A stretch of 64,000 nucleotides of DNA from positions 5,728,001 through 5,792,000 of the forward strand of contig OZ253580.1 in the NCBI GenBank assembly GCA_965263035.1, written 5' to 3'. Positions within the stretch are counted from its first letter, which is position 1. Each line of letters starts with the position of its first letter. The stretch comes from Acidobacteriota bacterium. GTDB taxonomy: Bacteria; Acidobacteriota; UBA6911; RPQK01; JAJDTT01. Positions 45,160 to 55,443 of the stretch are shown in pieces. A program made the translations under genes and the position numbers. Below the pieces are notes generated by a model, which worked only from the letters and a program-made list of their open reading frames with translations, was not told the origin of the DNA and did not search any database.

Positions 45160-47262
45160 ATGTGGATCCTGTTGTTCTTGGTCACGATCCTGTCCGCGCC
45201 CCTGTTGGCAGAGTCCGATGGGCTTTCGGAACCGATTTACGAGGGGAAGGTCAAGATCGTCTACCCCCGCGTCACCATGCGCGACGGGGTGGAGTTGGCG
45301 ACCAAGATCACGATGCCGGACGCGGAGGGCCGGTTTCCCGCCGTCATGATGTACCACCCCTACCGCGGGGTTACGGAACCCAAGCCGGACTATCGTGATG
45401 AAAGGCCCATGCTGGTTCCGTATCTGGCGGAACGGGGCTATGCCATCGTCCAGTACGACGTCCGGGGCACGGGAAACTCCGGTGGCTGGAGCAAGGACAT
45501 CTACTCCGATGACGAGAGGCGGGACGGCTACGAGATGGTCGAATGGATCGCGCGTCAGCCCTGGTCGAACGGCAACGTGGGCATGACCGGCATTTCCTAC
45601 GGGGGGGTGGTGCAGTGGCAGGTGGCCGTCCAGAATCCTCCCAGCCTCAAGACCATCATCGTGCGCTCGGCCAACGACAGCGTCTATACCGAGTGGACCT
45701 ATCCCGGCGGCTCTCTTCGCCCCTACATGTTCGACACCTTTTCCCCTCTCATGACGGCTTACAACTTCGCTCCCCCCGATCCCGAGATCGTCGGTGAGAA
45801 GTGGAGCGACATCTGGCAGACGCGGCTGGAGAACAGCCAGCCCTGGGGAATCGGATACATCTCTCATCAGCAGGAAGGGCCTTACTGGCAGGACCGCTCC
45901 CTGTCGGCGGACTACAGCCGGGTCAAGTGCCCGGTCTTCGTCATTGCCGGCTGGGCGGACGTCTATCCGACGGCCCTGCTGCGAGCCTTCTCCAAGCTGG
46001 AAGTCAAACACAAGAAAGCGCTGGTGGGGCCCTGGAGACACATCTGGGCCGAGAACGAGAAAGCGGTGCCCGGGCCTCGAATCGACGGCCGGCCCATCAT
46101 GTTGAAGTGGTTCGACTATTGGCTCAAGGGGATCGACAACGGGGTCCTCGACGAGCCTCCGGTGACGGTCTTCGTGCGGGAGTACGATCCACCCTCTCCC
46201 GTCATGCCCATCGAGGAGCCGGGTTTCTGGCGCTCCGAACGGGAATGGCCCATTGCCCGGGAGCAGCCCACCCGGATGTACTTTCACCCGGACGGGAAGC
46301 TGAGCCGGACGTCCCCCGAGGGCTCGGATCAGGAAGGAGACCGTCTCAAGTACAAACCCACCGTGGGGGTCACGTCGGGAATTCATTGGGGGGGTGGGAT
46401 TCTCCCTTGGGGCAATCCCATCGACCAGGGGGCCGACGAGGCCTACTCCCTGACCTACACCACGGCTCCACTTGACGAACCGTTGGAGGTATCGGGTACG
46501 CCCCGGGCCATGCTGTACGTCTCCTCCACGGCCGAGGTCGCCTATTTCCGGGTGAAGCTGATCGACGTGGCGCCGGACGGAACCTCCAAGCTGGTCCGTT
46601 ACGGCGGTCTGAACGCCGCGCACCGGAAGTCTCATTTCGATCCCGAACCGCTGCGGCCGGGAGAGGTGCACGAGGTGCCGGTGGAGGTGAAGGTGATGAC
46701 CTACGTGTTCGCCCCCGGCCATCGGGTCCGGGTGGCCATTGCCAACGCGGACATCCAGAACGCCTGGCCCACGGCCCTGCCGGCGGAGAACACCGTGTAC
46801 CGCAGCCGCCGCTACCCATCCCACATCGTCTTGCCGGTGATCCCGGAACAGAATCCCAAGCTTCCCGAGCCCGATTTCGTGACCCTGCCCAACGCCGACC
46901 CGAAGGTAGCGTTGGAGGAGGAGAAACCTCTGGAATACTCCATCACCCAGGACCTGGTCGCCGAAACCACAACGGTTCGCCTGGGCAAGGAGAGAAAGGG
47001 GAAGCGGGGCGACGGCGAGCAGTACATGAAGCTGCTCTCCAGTTTCACCGTGTCCGAAAAGAATCCGGCGAACGCCGCGCTGAAGGCGGCGGCCACGCTA
47101 TCGATCACCCGGCCGGGATCGGAAGTCAAGATCGAGGCGAACGAACTGACCTCCAGCAACAAGGCGGCGTACCGCCATCTGGTGGAGATCGAGATCACGG
47201 TCAACGGAAGGAGACACTTCAACCGGAGCTGGTCGGTCACTATTCCGCGAAGATTAAACTAG
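45160..47262 (+). CDS. CocE/NonD family hydrolase 2 (signal peptide)
   Basis: MWILLFLVTILSAPLLA, GISYGG, GWAD, GPWRH; colinear with hydrolase 1. Confidence 0.93.
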   Translation: MWILLFLVTILSAPLLAESDGLSEPIYEGKVKIVYPRVTMRDGVELATKITMPDAEGRFPAVMMYHPYRGVTEPKPDYRDERPMLVPYLAERGYAIVQYDVRGTGNSGGWSKDIYSDDERRDGYEMVEWIARQPWSNGNVGMTGISYGGVVQWQVAVQNPPSLKTIIVRSANDSVYTEWTYPGGSLRPYMFDTFSPLMTAYNFAPPDPEIVGEKWSDIWQTRLENSQPWGIGYISHQQEGPYWQDRSLSADYSRVKCPVFVIAGWADVYPTALLRAFSKLEVKHKKALVGPWRHIWAENEKAVPGPRIDGRPIMLKWFDYWLKGIDNGVLDEPPVTVFVREYDPPSPVMPIEEPGFWRSEREWPIAREQPTRMYFHPDGKLSRTSPEGSDQEGDRLKYKPTVGVTSGIHWGGGILPWGNPIDQGADEAYSLTYTTAPLDEPLEVSGTPRAMLYVSSTAEVAYFRVKLIDVAPDGTSKLVRYGGLNAAHRKSHFDPEPLRPGEVHEVPVEVKVMTYVFAPGHRVRVAIANADIQNAWPTALPAENTVYRSRRYPSHIVLPVIPEQNPKLPEPDFVTLPNADPKVALEEEKPLEYSITQDLVAETTTVRLGKERKGKRGDGEQYMKLLSSFTVSEKNPANAALKAAATLSITRPGSEVKIEANELTSSNKAAYRHLVEIEITVNGRRHFNRSWSVTIPRRLN

Positions 47263-47307
47263 AGGGTCGCCGGTCCTGTTTTCCACAGCCAGAGGGAGAA
47301 GAGTTTC

Positions 47308-49188
47308 ATGTTGTGTAGCCCGCAGATTCCCGTCGCACCCGTTTTCGTATTCCTCCAGATCCTGACCTTCCTGGCGGCGACCGGTCTGGCGTCGGATACC
47401 TGGTTCGTGCGCAACGATCCCTCCTGGGTGGACAAGCTCTCGCAACCCCGATACGACATTCTCTTCGAGCACGACGTCAAGGTGCGCATGCGGGACGGAG
47501 TCCGGCTGTCAGCCAACATCTGGCGGCCCAAGGCCGAAGGGAAATTCCCGATTATCTTCGTCTACATGCCGTATGACAACACCCGGAAGTCGGAGTTCTT
47601 CCAGGGCGACATCATCGGCCACGCCCAATACTTCGTTCCCCGCGGTTACGTGTTCGCTTGTATCGACGTGAGGGGACGGTACGATTCCGAGGGGGAATCC
47701 TACCTGTATTGGGATCCGAAGTGGCGGGAAGGGAAGTTTGACGGACAGGACGTCTACGACTGCCAGACCTGGTTGGGAGAACAGCCCTGGTCCACGGGAA
47801 AAATCGGGATGTGCGGCGGCTCTTATCTGGGATTCGTGCAATGGATGGGCGCCACCGAGGCGAACCGCTACCTCACGGCTCTGATTCCCTACGTCACTCC
47901 GGACGATCACTGGGACAACGTCTATCCCAACGGAGCGTTCCAACTCTCCAACAGCCTCAACCTTCTGGCGTTGCTGGGAAACCTGACGGCTAACAACAAC
48001 GACGGCCTCCGGAATGATTTCCTGGACTGGGACAAGTTGTACCGCTACCTTCCCATCCGGACCATGGACCAGGCGATATTCGGCCAGACGGACATCCTGT
48101 GGCAGGATCTGGTGGATCACCCGGACAACGACCACTACTGGCGGTTCAGCGTGGGCGATCGTCCCCGGGCCGGGGAGATGAGCGCCGGAAAATACGCCCA
48201 GGTTCAGGTCCCGACCCTCAACATCACCGGCTGGTACGACCAGGTTTCCCAGTCCACGATCAACGGTTATCTCGGTATGGTGCGATACGGCCCCGAGGAG
48301 ATCCGCGACCGGCATCGTCTCCTGGTCGGTCCCTGGAGGCACGGGGTGGGGCCCCGCGAGGTCGGCGATCTCGACTACGGTCCCGAGGCCGACGTGGATT
48401 TTCGCCCCATCGAGCTTCGCTGGTACGACTACTGGCTCAAGGGCATCGACAACGGGATGATGGACGAACCGCGGGTCGACATCTTCGTGATGGGGGACAA
48501 CAAGTGGCGCGGCGAGCACGAATGGCCTCTCAGCCGCTCCCGGAACACGAAATATTATCTGCACAGCGAAGGGCGGGCCAACAGCCGGTTCGGAAACGGC
48601 ACCTTGAGCACTCGCCCCCCGTCGCGGGAACCGGCCGACGTCTTCGTCTACGATCCGGATGATCCGGTTCCGACCTACGGCGGCAACGTGAGCATGTACC
48701 CCTCCACCGGCGGGCCCCGGGATCAGAGGGCCATCCAGCGGCGGGACGACGTGCTCGTCTTCACCGGTGAGGTTCTGGGAAAAGAGGTCGAGGTCACAGG
48801 ACGGGTCCTGACCATGCTCCATGCCGCTTCCAGCGCGGCCGATACCGACTTCACCGCCAAGTTGGTGGACATCCACCCCAACGGCTACGCTCAGTTGCTG
48901 GCGGAAGGGATCATACGGGCCCGCTATCGGGACTCGTTCAAGAAACAGATCCTGCTGGAACCGGGCAAGGTCTACGAGTACACCATCGACTTGTGGTCGA
49001 TCAGCCACGTCTTCAAGCGCGGGCACCGGATTCAACTGGAAATCTCGAGCAGCAACTTCCCGAAGTACGATCGCAATCCGAACACCGGGCACAAGTTCGG
49101 TGAAGACGCGGAGTTGAGGAAGGCGACCCAGACGGTTCATCACGATGCCGACTACCCGTCGCACATCGTGCTTCCGGTGATTCCCTGA
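47308..49188 (+). CDS. CocE/NonD family hydrolase 3 (signal-like N-terminus)
   Basis: RMRDG, DVRGRYDSEG, GGSYLG, GWYD, GPWRH, SSSNFPKYDRNPN. Confidence 0.93.
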   Translation: MLCSPQIPVAPVFVFLQILTFLAATGLASDTWFVRNDPSWVDKLSQPRYDILFEHDVKVRMRDGVRLSANIWRPKAEGKFPIIFVYMPYDNTRKSEFFQGDIIGHAQYFVPRGYVFACIDVRGRYDSEGESYLYWDPKWREGKFDGQDVYDCQTWLGEQPWSTGKIGMCGGSYLGFVQWMGATEANRYLTALIPYVTPDDHWDNVYPNGAFQLSNSLNLLALLGNLTANNNDGLRNDFLDWDKLYRYLPIRTMDQAIFGQTDILWQDLVDHPDNDHYWRFSVGDRPRAGEMSAGKYAQVQVPTLNITGWYDQVSQSTINGYLGMVRYGPEEIRDRHRLLVGPWRHGVGPREVGDLDYGPEADVDFRPIELRWYDYWLKGIDNGMMDEPRVDIFVMGDNKWRGEHEWPLSRSRNTKYYLHSEGRANSRFGNGTLSTRPPSREPADVFVYDPDDPVPTYGGNVSMYPSTGGPRDQRAIQRRDDVLVFTGEVLGKEVEVTGRVLTMLHAASSAADTDFTAKLVDIHPNGYAQLLAEGIIRARYRDSFKKQILLEPGKVYEYTIDLWSISHVFKRGHRIQLEISSSNFPKYDRNPNTGHKFGEDAELRKATQTVHHDADYPSHIVLPVIP

Positions 49189-49239
49189 GAAATCGATTCG
49201 CAGAGTGAATATATTCTTCCTGAAGAGGAAATCGGAGAA

Positions 49240-50409
49240 ATGCAGAAAACAGCGGACGCAGTGGTGATCGGTGGCGGAATCAGTGGCGCAAGCGTGGCTC
49301 ATTTCCTGGCCCGGAAGGGATTCGGAAAGGTCGTTCTGCTGGAAAAGGGCCGTTTGGCTGGTGTGAGCACGGGCGGATCAGCCGCCGTGGTCCGGACCTA
49401 TTACTCCAACCCGATCACGGTGAAATTGGCCTGGCGCGCGGTTCAGATGTTCGAGAACGACCGGGAGGCACTGGGGGGAGATTCCGGGTTTCGGCAGATC
49501 GGATTTCTGCTGCTGCTGGATGAGGGATGGAAAACGGCCGGAGACCAGATACTGGAAATGGAGAGCACCCACGGAGTCGAGGTCCGGGAACTGTCGCGCG
49601 AAGACATCCGGGAACTTGCGCCGCCGCTGAATCTGGAAGGGGTCGTTCGAGCGATCTTCGAGCCTCGCTCCGGCTGCGCGGACCCGGTCCGGACGACCGA
49701 AAGCCTGGTGAACGGCGCCAGGCAGTGGGGTCTGACGGCGCACGTGGGAGTGGCGGCCACCGGCATCACGACCGACGGCGGCCGCGTCCGCTCCGTGGAG
49801 ACGGATCAGGGAACCATCGAGACCCCCGTGGTCGTGAACGCGGCCGGTCCCTGGGGCCGTAGGGTGGGACTTTGGGCCGGACTCAACTACTCCGTCCGCT
49901 GGAGCCGGGAAACGGACCTGATCGTGACTCAACCCGACGATTTCGGCCCTCTTCCGGTCATTTCCGATCCCCCGCAGAGGGCCTATTACAAGCCTCATGC
50001 CGACAACACGATGCTGGCCGGACTCGGGTACCCGAAAGAGGTGGAGCCGTTGGACATCGATTCCTACAACGAGGATCTGGACGCTGATCAGCGCGGGCGG
50101 ATCGAGACCTGCCTGTTCCGGCGGATTCCCGCGCTTCGGGAGATGGAATACCATCACGGATACGCGTCCATCTACACGATCATGGACGACTGGCACCCGG
50201 TGGTGGGACCCGAACCCCACATCGACGGCTACTATGCGTTCTTCGGCGGCAGCGGCCACGGCTTCAAGATCGGGCCGCCGCTGGGGGAGGCGCTGGCGGA
50301 CGTGATCGCTGGTGAAGAACCGGAGATCGACATTCGCCAGTTCCGGCCGTCCCGCTTCCTGGAAGGGGAGATTTTCTCCTCGGCCTGGGGAGGCGGCAAT
50401 CGAGGTTGA
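49240..50409 (+). CDS. FAD-dependent oxidoreductase (DAO/sarcosine-oxidase-beta family)
   Basis: VIGGGISG, STGGSAA, VVNAAGPW, GGSGHGFKIGP, FRPSRF. Confidence 0.93.
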   Translation: MQKTADAVVIGGGISGASVAHFLARKGFGKVVLLEKGRLAGVSTGGSAAVVRTYYSNPITVKLAWRAVQMFENDREALGGDSGFRQIGFLLLLDEGWKTAGDQILEMESTHGVEVRELSREDIRELAPPLNLEGVVRAIFEPRSGCADPVRTTESLVNGARQWGLTAHVGVAATGITTDGGRVRSVETDQGTIETPVVVNAAGPWGRRVGLWAGLNYSVRWSRETDLIVTQPDDFGPLPVISDPPQRAYYKPHADNTMLAGLGYPKEVEPLDIDSYNEDLDADQRGRIETCLFRRIPALREMEYHHGYASIYTIMDDWHPVVGPEPHIDGYYAFFGGSGHGFKIGPPLGEALADVIAGEEPEIDIRQFRPSRFLEGEIFSSAWGGGNRG

Positions 50410-50501
50410 CCGGGCGTCCGGCTCCTGAGCCTGTCCCGAACGGAAAGCTCGAAACGTTCGGCGGGGACTCGGGTCAGGACCGGAGGGTCGAAAGGAGAAC
50501 C

Positions 50502-50684
50502 ATGGAGACCGGTAAGACCGAACCTCACGAAGAAATGGGAGAAGCCTATCGGTACGACAGCCAGGAGCTCGACCTGATGGACGAGGTCGAGCTGCCGCGC
50601 CTGAATCCCTTGGTGAGCTTGCTGTTGCTGGTTCTGGCCGGGTTCGCCTACGTCTGGATCTGGGGAGCGCTCCTGCAAGGATAA
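50502..50684 (+). CDS. Small single-TM protein preceding the symporter
   Basis: AAAGGAG RBS, ATG 50502, acidic N-terminus plus one hydrophobic helix; stop 3 nt before the symporter ATG. Confidence 0.7.
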   Translation: METGKTEPHEEMGEAYRYDSQELDLMDEVELPRLNPLVSLLLLVLAGFAYVWIWGALLQG

Positions 50685-50687
50685 ACA

Positions 50688-52115
50688 ATGGAAGAGTTCC
50701 AGCCCTCCTGGTGGCTGATCGTAAGTTACCTCCTCTTGATGTTCGGGATCGGCATCTGGGCCGCGCGGACCCGGGTCGGCCGGATGGAGGACATGGCCGT
50801 CGCCGGCCGCAGCTCAGGTCCCTGGCTGATCGCGTTCTCCGTGGCCGCGACCTGGATCAACGGGACCACCCTGATCGGGATCTCGGGCATAGCCAAAGAC
50901 TTTGGGTTGAGCGCGTACTGGACGGGGGGGTCATTCGTTCTGGCCACCATCTGGATGTCCTACTACGTGGTCCCGCGTCTTCGGGCCACCCGGATCATCA
51001 CCGTTCCTCAGCTCTTCGAACGCTTCTACGGCCCCCGGCATCGGATCGTGTCCCTGGCCCTCATCATCCTTCGGGATCTGGGGGCCACCGCGGGAGTCAT
51101 GGGATCCCTGGCCGTCGTCACTTCCAGCATCCTGAACATCTCACTCCTGCAATCCTTGGCACTCGTCGGAGCCTTGACCTTGGTCTACGTGTTCCTGGGC
51201 GGGATGTGGGCCATCCTGGTGACCGATGCCATCCAGTTCTTCATCGTTTCCATAGGATCCGTAGCGCTCGTGGTGTTCGGGTTCCTGGGCTCTGGAGGGT
51301 TCTCCGTCCTGCGATCCATCGAGGACCCGGACTTTTTAGGCACTTTCGGCACCGGCGGCCCCATTCAGGTCATCGCCTGGGTCGTGATCGGGATTTCCGT
51401 CACCTTCGGCTACCAGAGCGTGATTCAGCGAGGGCTGGCGGCCTCCAGTACGGCGGCTGCCCACAAGGGGTTCCTCTATGGAGGAATCATTTCCACGATC
51501 TGGTACATGGTTCCGCCGCTGATCGGCGTCTTGGGGCGAGCCCTCTACGGAGCGGACATCTCCGGGGACGACGTATTCCTCACATTGACCTTCGGCGTAG
51601 CCGGGGGGCAGTTGGGCAGCATCATCATCGTCGGGATTCTGGCCGCCAGCATGTCCACTCTCGATTCCACCATCAACACCATCGCCTCCAACTTCACCAT
51701 CGACATCTACAATCGTTTCCTGAACCCGAATGCCAGTCCCAGGACTCAGCTCTGGATTTATCGCCTGAACGTCATTCTGGTCGGCGTACTGGCCGCCGCC
51801 ATCTACTACGTCTTCCCCTTGATGATCGAGCTGTTCTGGCTGGGCGGACGGATCATGGGGGCTTCGGTCGCGCCCGTGGTGGCGGCGATGGTCCTCTTTC
51901 CGGCGGTCAGGCGGGCCCCCAGGACCGTGTTAGCCTCCATGCTGACGGGGGCCAGCGTGATCATTCTCTACCAGATCCTGGGAGGGGTTCAGGAGGTCGG
52001 CTCCATCGTGGTCGTCTGGACCATCGATCCCATTCTGATTGGACTGCCGATCACGGTCGCCCTGCTGGTGATAGGCACTTGGTGGGAGACGCAGGGCCCC
52101 ACCGCGTCCGATTGA
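50688..52115 (+). CDS. Sodium:solute symporter family protein
   Basis: AVAGRS, SVAATW, YVFLGGMWAILVTDAIQ, AASMSTLDS. Confidence 0.93.
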   Translation: MEEFQPSWWLIVSYLLLMFGIGIWAARTRVGRMEDMAVAGRSSGPWLIAFSVAATWINGTTLIGISGIAKDFGLSAYWTGGSFVLATIWMSYYVVPRLRATRIITVPQLFERFYGPRHRIVSLALIILRDLGATAGVMGSLAVVTSSILNISLLQSLALVGALTLVYVFLGGMWAILVTDAIQFFIVSIGSVALVVFGFLGSGGFSVLRSIEDPDFLGTFGTGGPIQVIAWVVIGISVTFGYQSVIQRGLAASSTAAAHKGFLYGGIISTIWYMVPPLIGVLGRALYGADISGDDVFLTLTFGVAGGQLGSIIIVGILAASMSTLDSTINTIASNFTIDIYNRFLNPNASPRTQLWIYRLNVILVGVLAAAIYYVFPLMIELFWLGGRIMGASVAPVVAAMVLFPAVRRAPRTVLASMLTGASVIILYQILGGVQEVGSIVVVWTIDPILIGLPITVALLVIGTWWETQGPTASD

Positions 52116-52191
52116 GCTGAACCCGTCAAAGCCGTAAGACAACGGAAGAGTCCGGGTCTGGATTCAGCCTCAAGAGCAACGGAAATCACTG

Positions 52192-53445
52192 GTGACCGCC
52201 ACGGCCAAGTTTCTTGTTCTTGCGATGCTGTGGTGGATGATGACGCCTGGAGCGTCGTCGTGGGCACAGCAGGCCACTGGCGGCAAGCCCGGTCCAATGC
52301 TCGACGCCGAAATGCAGGTGGTCGCCGAGTCGCCCGATCCGGGGAGGCTGTTCGTTTACGAACCGGCACTGGTGAAGCTTCCCGGCGGCGGGCTGTTGGT
52401 GACCTTTGAGTACACACTGATTGACGCGAACGCCGAGGTCCCTCACCGGTTTCGCCTGGCCGTCAGTGAGGATGCCGGTCGTACCTGGCGGCAGCTTCCT
52501 CCGCTCGATCTGCACTCCGCGCAGCCGTTCGTGCATGAGGGCGAATTGTATCTTCTTGGAAACGTGGCCATCCGCCGCAACATCGTGATCCTGCGTTCCG
52601 ACGACGAAGGACGATCCTGGACAGGGCCGGTCACGTTGTTCGAGGGAAGCTATTGGAACGCGCCCACCGGAGTTCTGATCAAGGATGGGCGTCTCTACCG
52701 GTCCTTCAACCTGCACGAGAACGCCGACGGCACGCCAAATCTGCGAAATTATCGGGGGTGCGTAGTCATCGCCGCAGACCTCTCCCGGAATCTCCTGGAC
52801 CCGGCCGCCTGGAGAATGTCCAATCGTCTGGACTACCCGGGGACCCCGCGGCTGTTGACCCGCGTGCCGGTTTCCGGAAGACGCGCGGACCACTGGCTGG
52901 AATCCAATCTGGTGGAGGTGAGGAGTGAGATTCTAGGTTTCCATCGGCTCCGCATTCCCGGCGGAGCAGCTCATGGTCTGACGCATCAATCAACCGCCGG
53001 ACTGGCAGCGGTCACCAACCTTACGGATGATGGGAAGACCTTGAAACACACCTTCGGGCAGTTCTTTCCGATACCTGGGGCGCAGAACAAGTTTCACATG
53101 GTCCGCGACAAACCTTCCGGGTTGTTTTGGATGGCGGGCAACATCCCCGTCGACTCGCTGGGGCGCCCCCCGGGCGGCGATGATCGGCGGATCCTGATCC
53201 TGATGTACAGTGTCGATGCCCACAACTGGTTCCAGGCCGGCTGTGTGGCGATGAGCAAGAAGCCTCGCGAAGCCTACAACTACGCGTCGCTGCTGCCGGA
53301 TGGTGATGACCTGCTGCTGGCGGTGCGGACGGCGCTGGGAGGCCGGCATTCGCAGGCCAAGAGTACGCACATCACGTTTCACCGGGTGCGGGGCTTCCGC
53401 TCGCTCGCCCTTGATCTTCCCGGCCGCCGCGAGGCCGGTGATTGA
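52192..53445 (+). CDS. Exported BNR/Asp-box (sialidase-like) protein
   Basis: Signal peptide; Asp-boxes SEDAGRTW, SDDEGRSW, SVDAHNW. Confidence 0.8.
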   Translation: MTATAKFLVLAMLWWMMTPGASSWAQQATGGKPGPMLDAEMQVVAESPDPGRLFVYEPALVKLPGGGLLVTFEYTLIDANAEVPHRFRLAVSEDAGRTWRQLPPLDLHSAQPFVHEGELYLLGNVAIRRNIVILRSDDEGRSWTGPVTLFEGSYWNAPTGVLIKDGRLYRSFNLHENADGTPNLRNYRGCVVIAADLSRNLLDPAAWRMSNRLDYPGTPRLLTRVPVSGRRADHWLESNLVEVRSEILGFHRLRIPGGAAHGLTHQSTAGLAAVTNLTDDGKTLKHTFGQFFPIPGAQNKFHMVRDKPSGLFWMAGNIPVDSLGRPPGGDDRRILILMYSVDAHNWFQAGCVAMSKKPREAYNYASLLPDGDDLLLAVRTALGGRHSQAKSTHITFHRVRGFRSLALDLPGRREAGD

Positions 53446-53575
53446 CACCTGCTCAACGGAGCTCAGGCGCCTCTCCCCGGACCTACGACATCTGGCCGGG
53501 GCCAAAAGTGTGCAATTTTCGATGGCCATTGACACGGGAAAGGCCCAAGATTCAATGACCTGAGGAGGATCTCCA

Positions 53576-55426
53576 ATGATCGTACGCTTGAGGACACGGG
53601 TTGCAGTTCTTTCCGTCGTGGGCTTTCTGGCGGCAGGAGTCGGGTTTTCAGCAGCCTCCTCTTCGATTGTGGAAGATCCACCGATCCTTCTTCCCGACGG
53701 GACGGAATTTCAGACCTGGGAGGACGGGACAGAGTACCGGCGGGTCTACTATGTGGATCAGGACCACCCTGCGGCCGCGGACGAAAACCCGGGCACGGAA
53801 GAGGCTCCGTTTCTGACGATTCAACGTGCGGCGGAGGTCGTCCAGCCCGCCGAAAAGGTCTTGATCAAATCGGGCATCTACCGGGAGTGGGTCCGGCCTC
53901 GACGAGGGGGCACGGGCCTCGACGGGATGATCAGTTTCGAGGCGGCGCCGGGCGCAGAGGCCGTCATCAGTGGGTCCGACGTCCTGAAGGCCAGGTGGAC
54001 CAATTCGGGCCGGTCGAGATCTGCGAACGTCTGGAAGGCGGATCTGCCCGTCGAGTTCTTGGGTGACGGTCACCCGTTTGCAACCATCAACACCTCCGAC
54101 GATGACTTTGCGGTCATGCGCTGGGCCAGGGCGGAGCAGGGACGGCTCCCGCACACCCTGCCGCGAGCCATGGTGTTCCAGGACGGGCGGCGACTGACCC
54201 AGTTGGCCCGGATCGATGAGCTGCACCGGGTCGCCGGCACCGTCTGGATCGATCGGGAGAACCGGCAACTGCACCTCAACCCGTTCGACCGCAGGAACCC
54301 GAATAACGTGCGGATCGAGGTGACCACGCGACAGTTCCTGTTCAACCCCGTGGTGAAGGGGATGGGATACATCCGGATCAAGGGGCTCACGTTCGAGCAT
54401 GCCGGCAACGGTTTCATCCGCTCCGGAAACGGCGCCGTCACGACCTGGGGTGGTCACCATTGGATCATCGAGGACAACACGGTCCGGCACATCAACGCGG
54501 TGGGTATCGAGATCGGCGCGTTCACCGAAGAGGGTCCCAACGCGGGGAACCGGAACGAGCTGGCGATGACCACCGGCGACCATCTGGTACGCCGCAACCA
54601 TGTGTACGATTGCGGCACCGGCGGCATTCAGGGAACCGTCGTCTCCCGGAGTCTGGTTTCCGACAATCACATCCATGATTGCGGTTGGCAGGATGTCGAG
54701 CGCTACTGGGAGGTGGCAGGCATCAAGCTCCTGATCATGCTGAATTCTGTAGTCACGCGTAATCACGTTCACGATTGCTATGCTTCGGCGGGAATCTGGA
54801 TCGATTTCGCGAACCGGAACACGCGGGTCACCCGGAACCTGATTCACGACATCTCGAGTTACGCCGGGGCCCTCTTCTTCGAAGCCTCGAATGTCCTCAA
54901 CCTGATCGACCACAATGTCGTGTACAACGTCCAGGGTTCCGGATTCTACCTGCACGACTCCGATCGGCTCCTGGTGGCTCACAACCTGCTGGTGAACTGC
55001 GCTCCCTACGGGATCCGCATGACGAAGACCAAGACCCGGGACCGGGTGGGCGTTTCCAAACACAACCGCGTGATCAACAACGTCGTCGCGCAGTGTCCGG
55101 TCCCATTTGAATACGCCAATACGGAGAACGTCTCGGATTACAACATCGTCTCCGGCGCGGGGAAGGACTTCAGTCTGGCCAAGTGGCAGTCGACCGGACT
55201 GGACACCCACAGCCGAACGGCGAAGCTCGACATTACGATCGGTCCCGAGGACGGAATCCTGTCCTGGTCGGCTCGGACAGACGATGTCCTGACCGTGATC
55301 CGAGACGAGCGGATGGGCTTTGACTACTTCGGCCGCACGTATCCTGAAGACGTGATTGCGGTGGGACCCTTCATCGAAGGGTGGAGTCAGGCGCACCGAC
55401 AGCTGCGGCTCATTCCGAAACCATAA
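53576..55426 (+). CDS. Exported right-handed parallel beta-helix protein (DUF1565/GH120-like)
   Basis: NPGTEEAPFLTIQRAA, GIYREWVRP, HHWIIEDN, repeated NHIHD/NHVHD, GIWID. Confidence 0.85.
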   Translation: MIVRLRTRVAVLSVVGFLAAGVGFSAASSSIVEDPPILLPDGTEFQTWEDGTEYRRVYYVDQDHPAAADENPGTEEAPFLTIQRAAEVVQPAEKVLIKSGIYREWVRPRRGGTGLDGMISFEAAPGAEAVISGSDVLKARWTNSGRSRSANVWKADLPVEFLGDGHPFATINTSDDDFAVMRWARAEQGRLPHTLPRAMVFQDGRRLTQLARIDELHRVAGTVWIDRENRQLHLNPFDRRNPNNVRIEVTTRQFLFNPVVKGMGYIRIKGLTFEHAGNGFIRSGNGAVTTWGGHHWIIEDNTVRHINAVGIEIGAFTEEGPNAGNRNELAMTTGDHLVRRNHVYDCGTGGIQGTVVSRSLVSDNHIHDCGWQDVERYWEVAGIKLLIMLNSVVTRNHVHDCYASAGIWIDFANRNTRVTRNLIHDISSYAGALFFEASNVLNLIDHNVVYNVQGSGFYLHDSDRLLVAHNLLVNCAPYGIRMTKTKTRDRVGVSKHNRVINNVVAQCPVPFEYANTENVSDYNIVSGAGKDFSLAKWQSTGLDTHSRTAKLDITIGPEDGILSWSARTDDVLTVIRDERMGFDYFGRTYPEDVIAVGPFIEGWSQAHRQLRLIPKP

Positions 55427-55443
55427 GAGCCGGGCCGGCGCGA

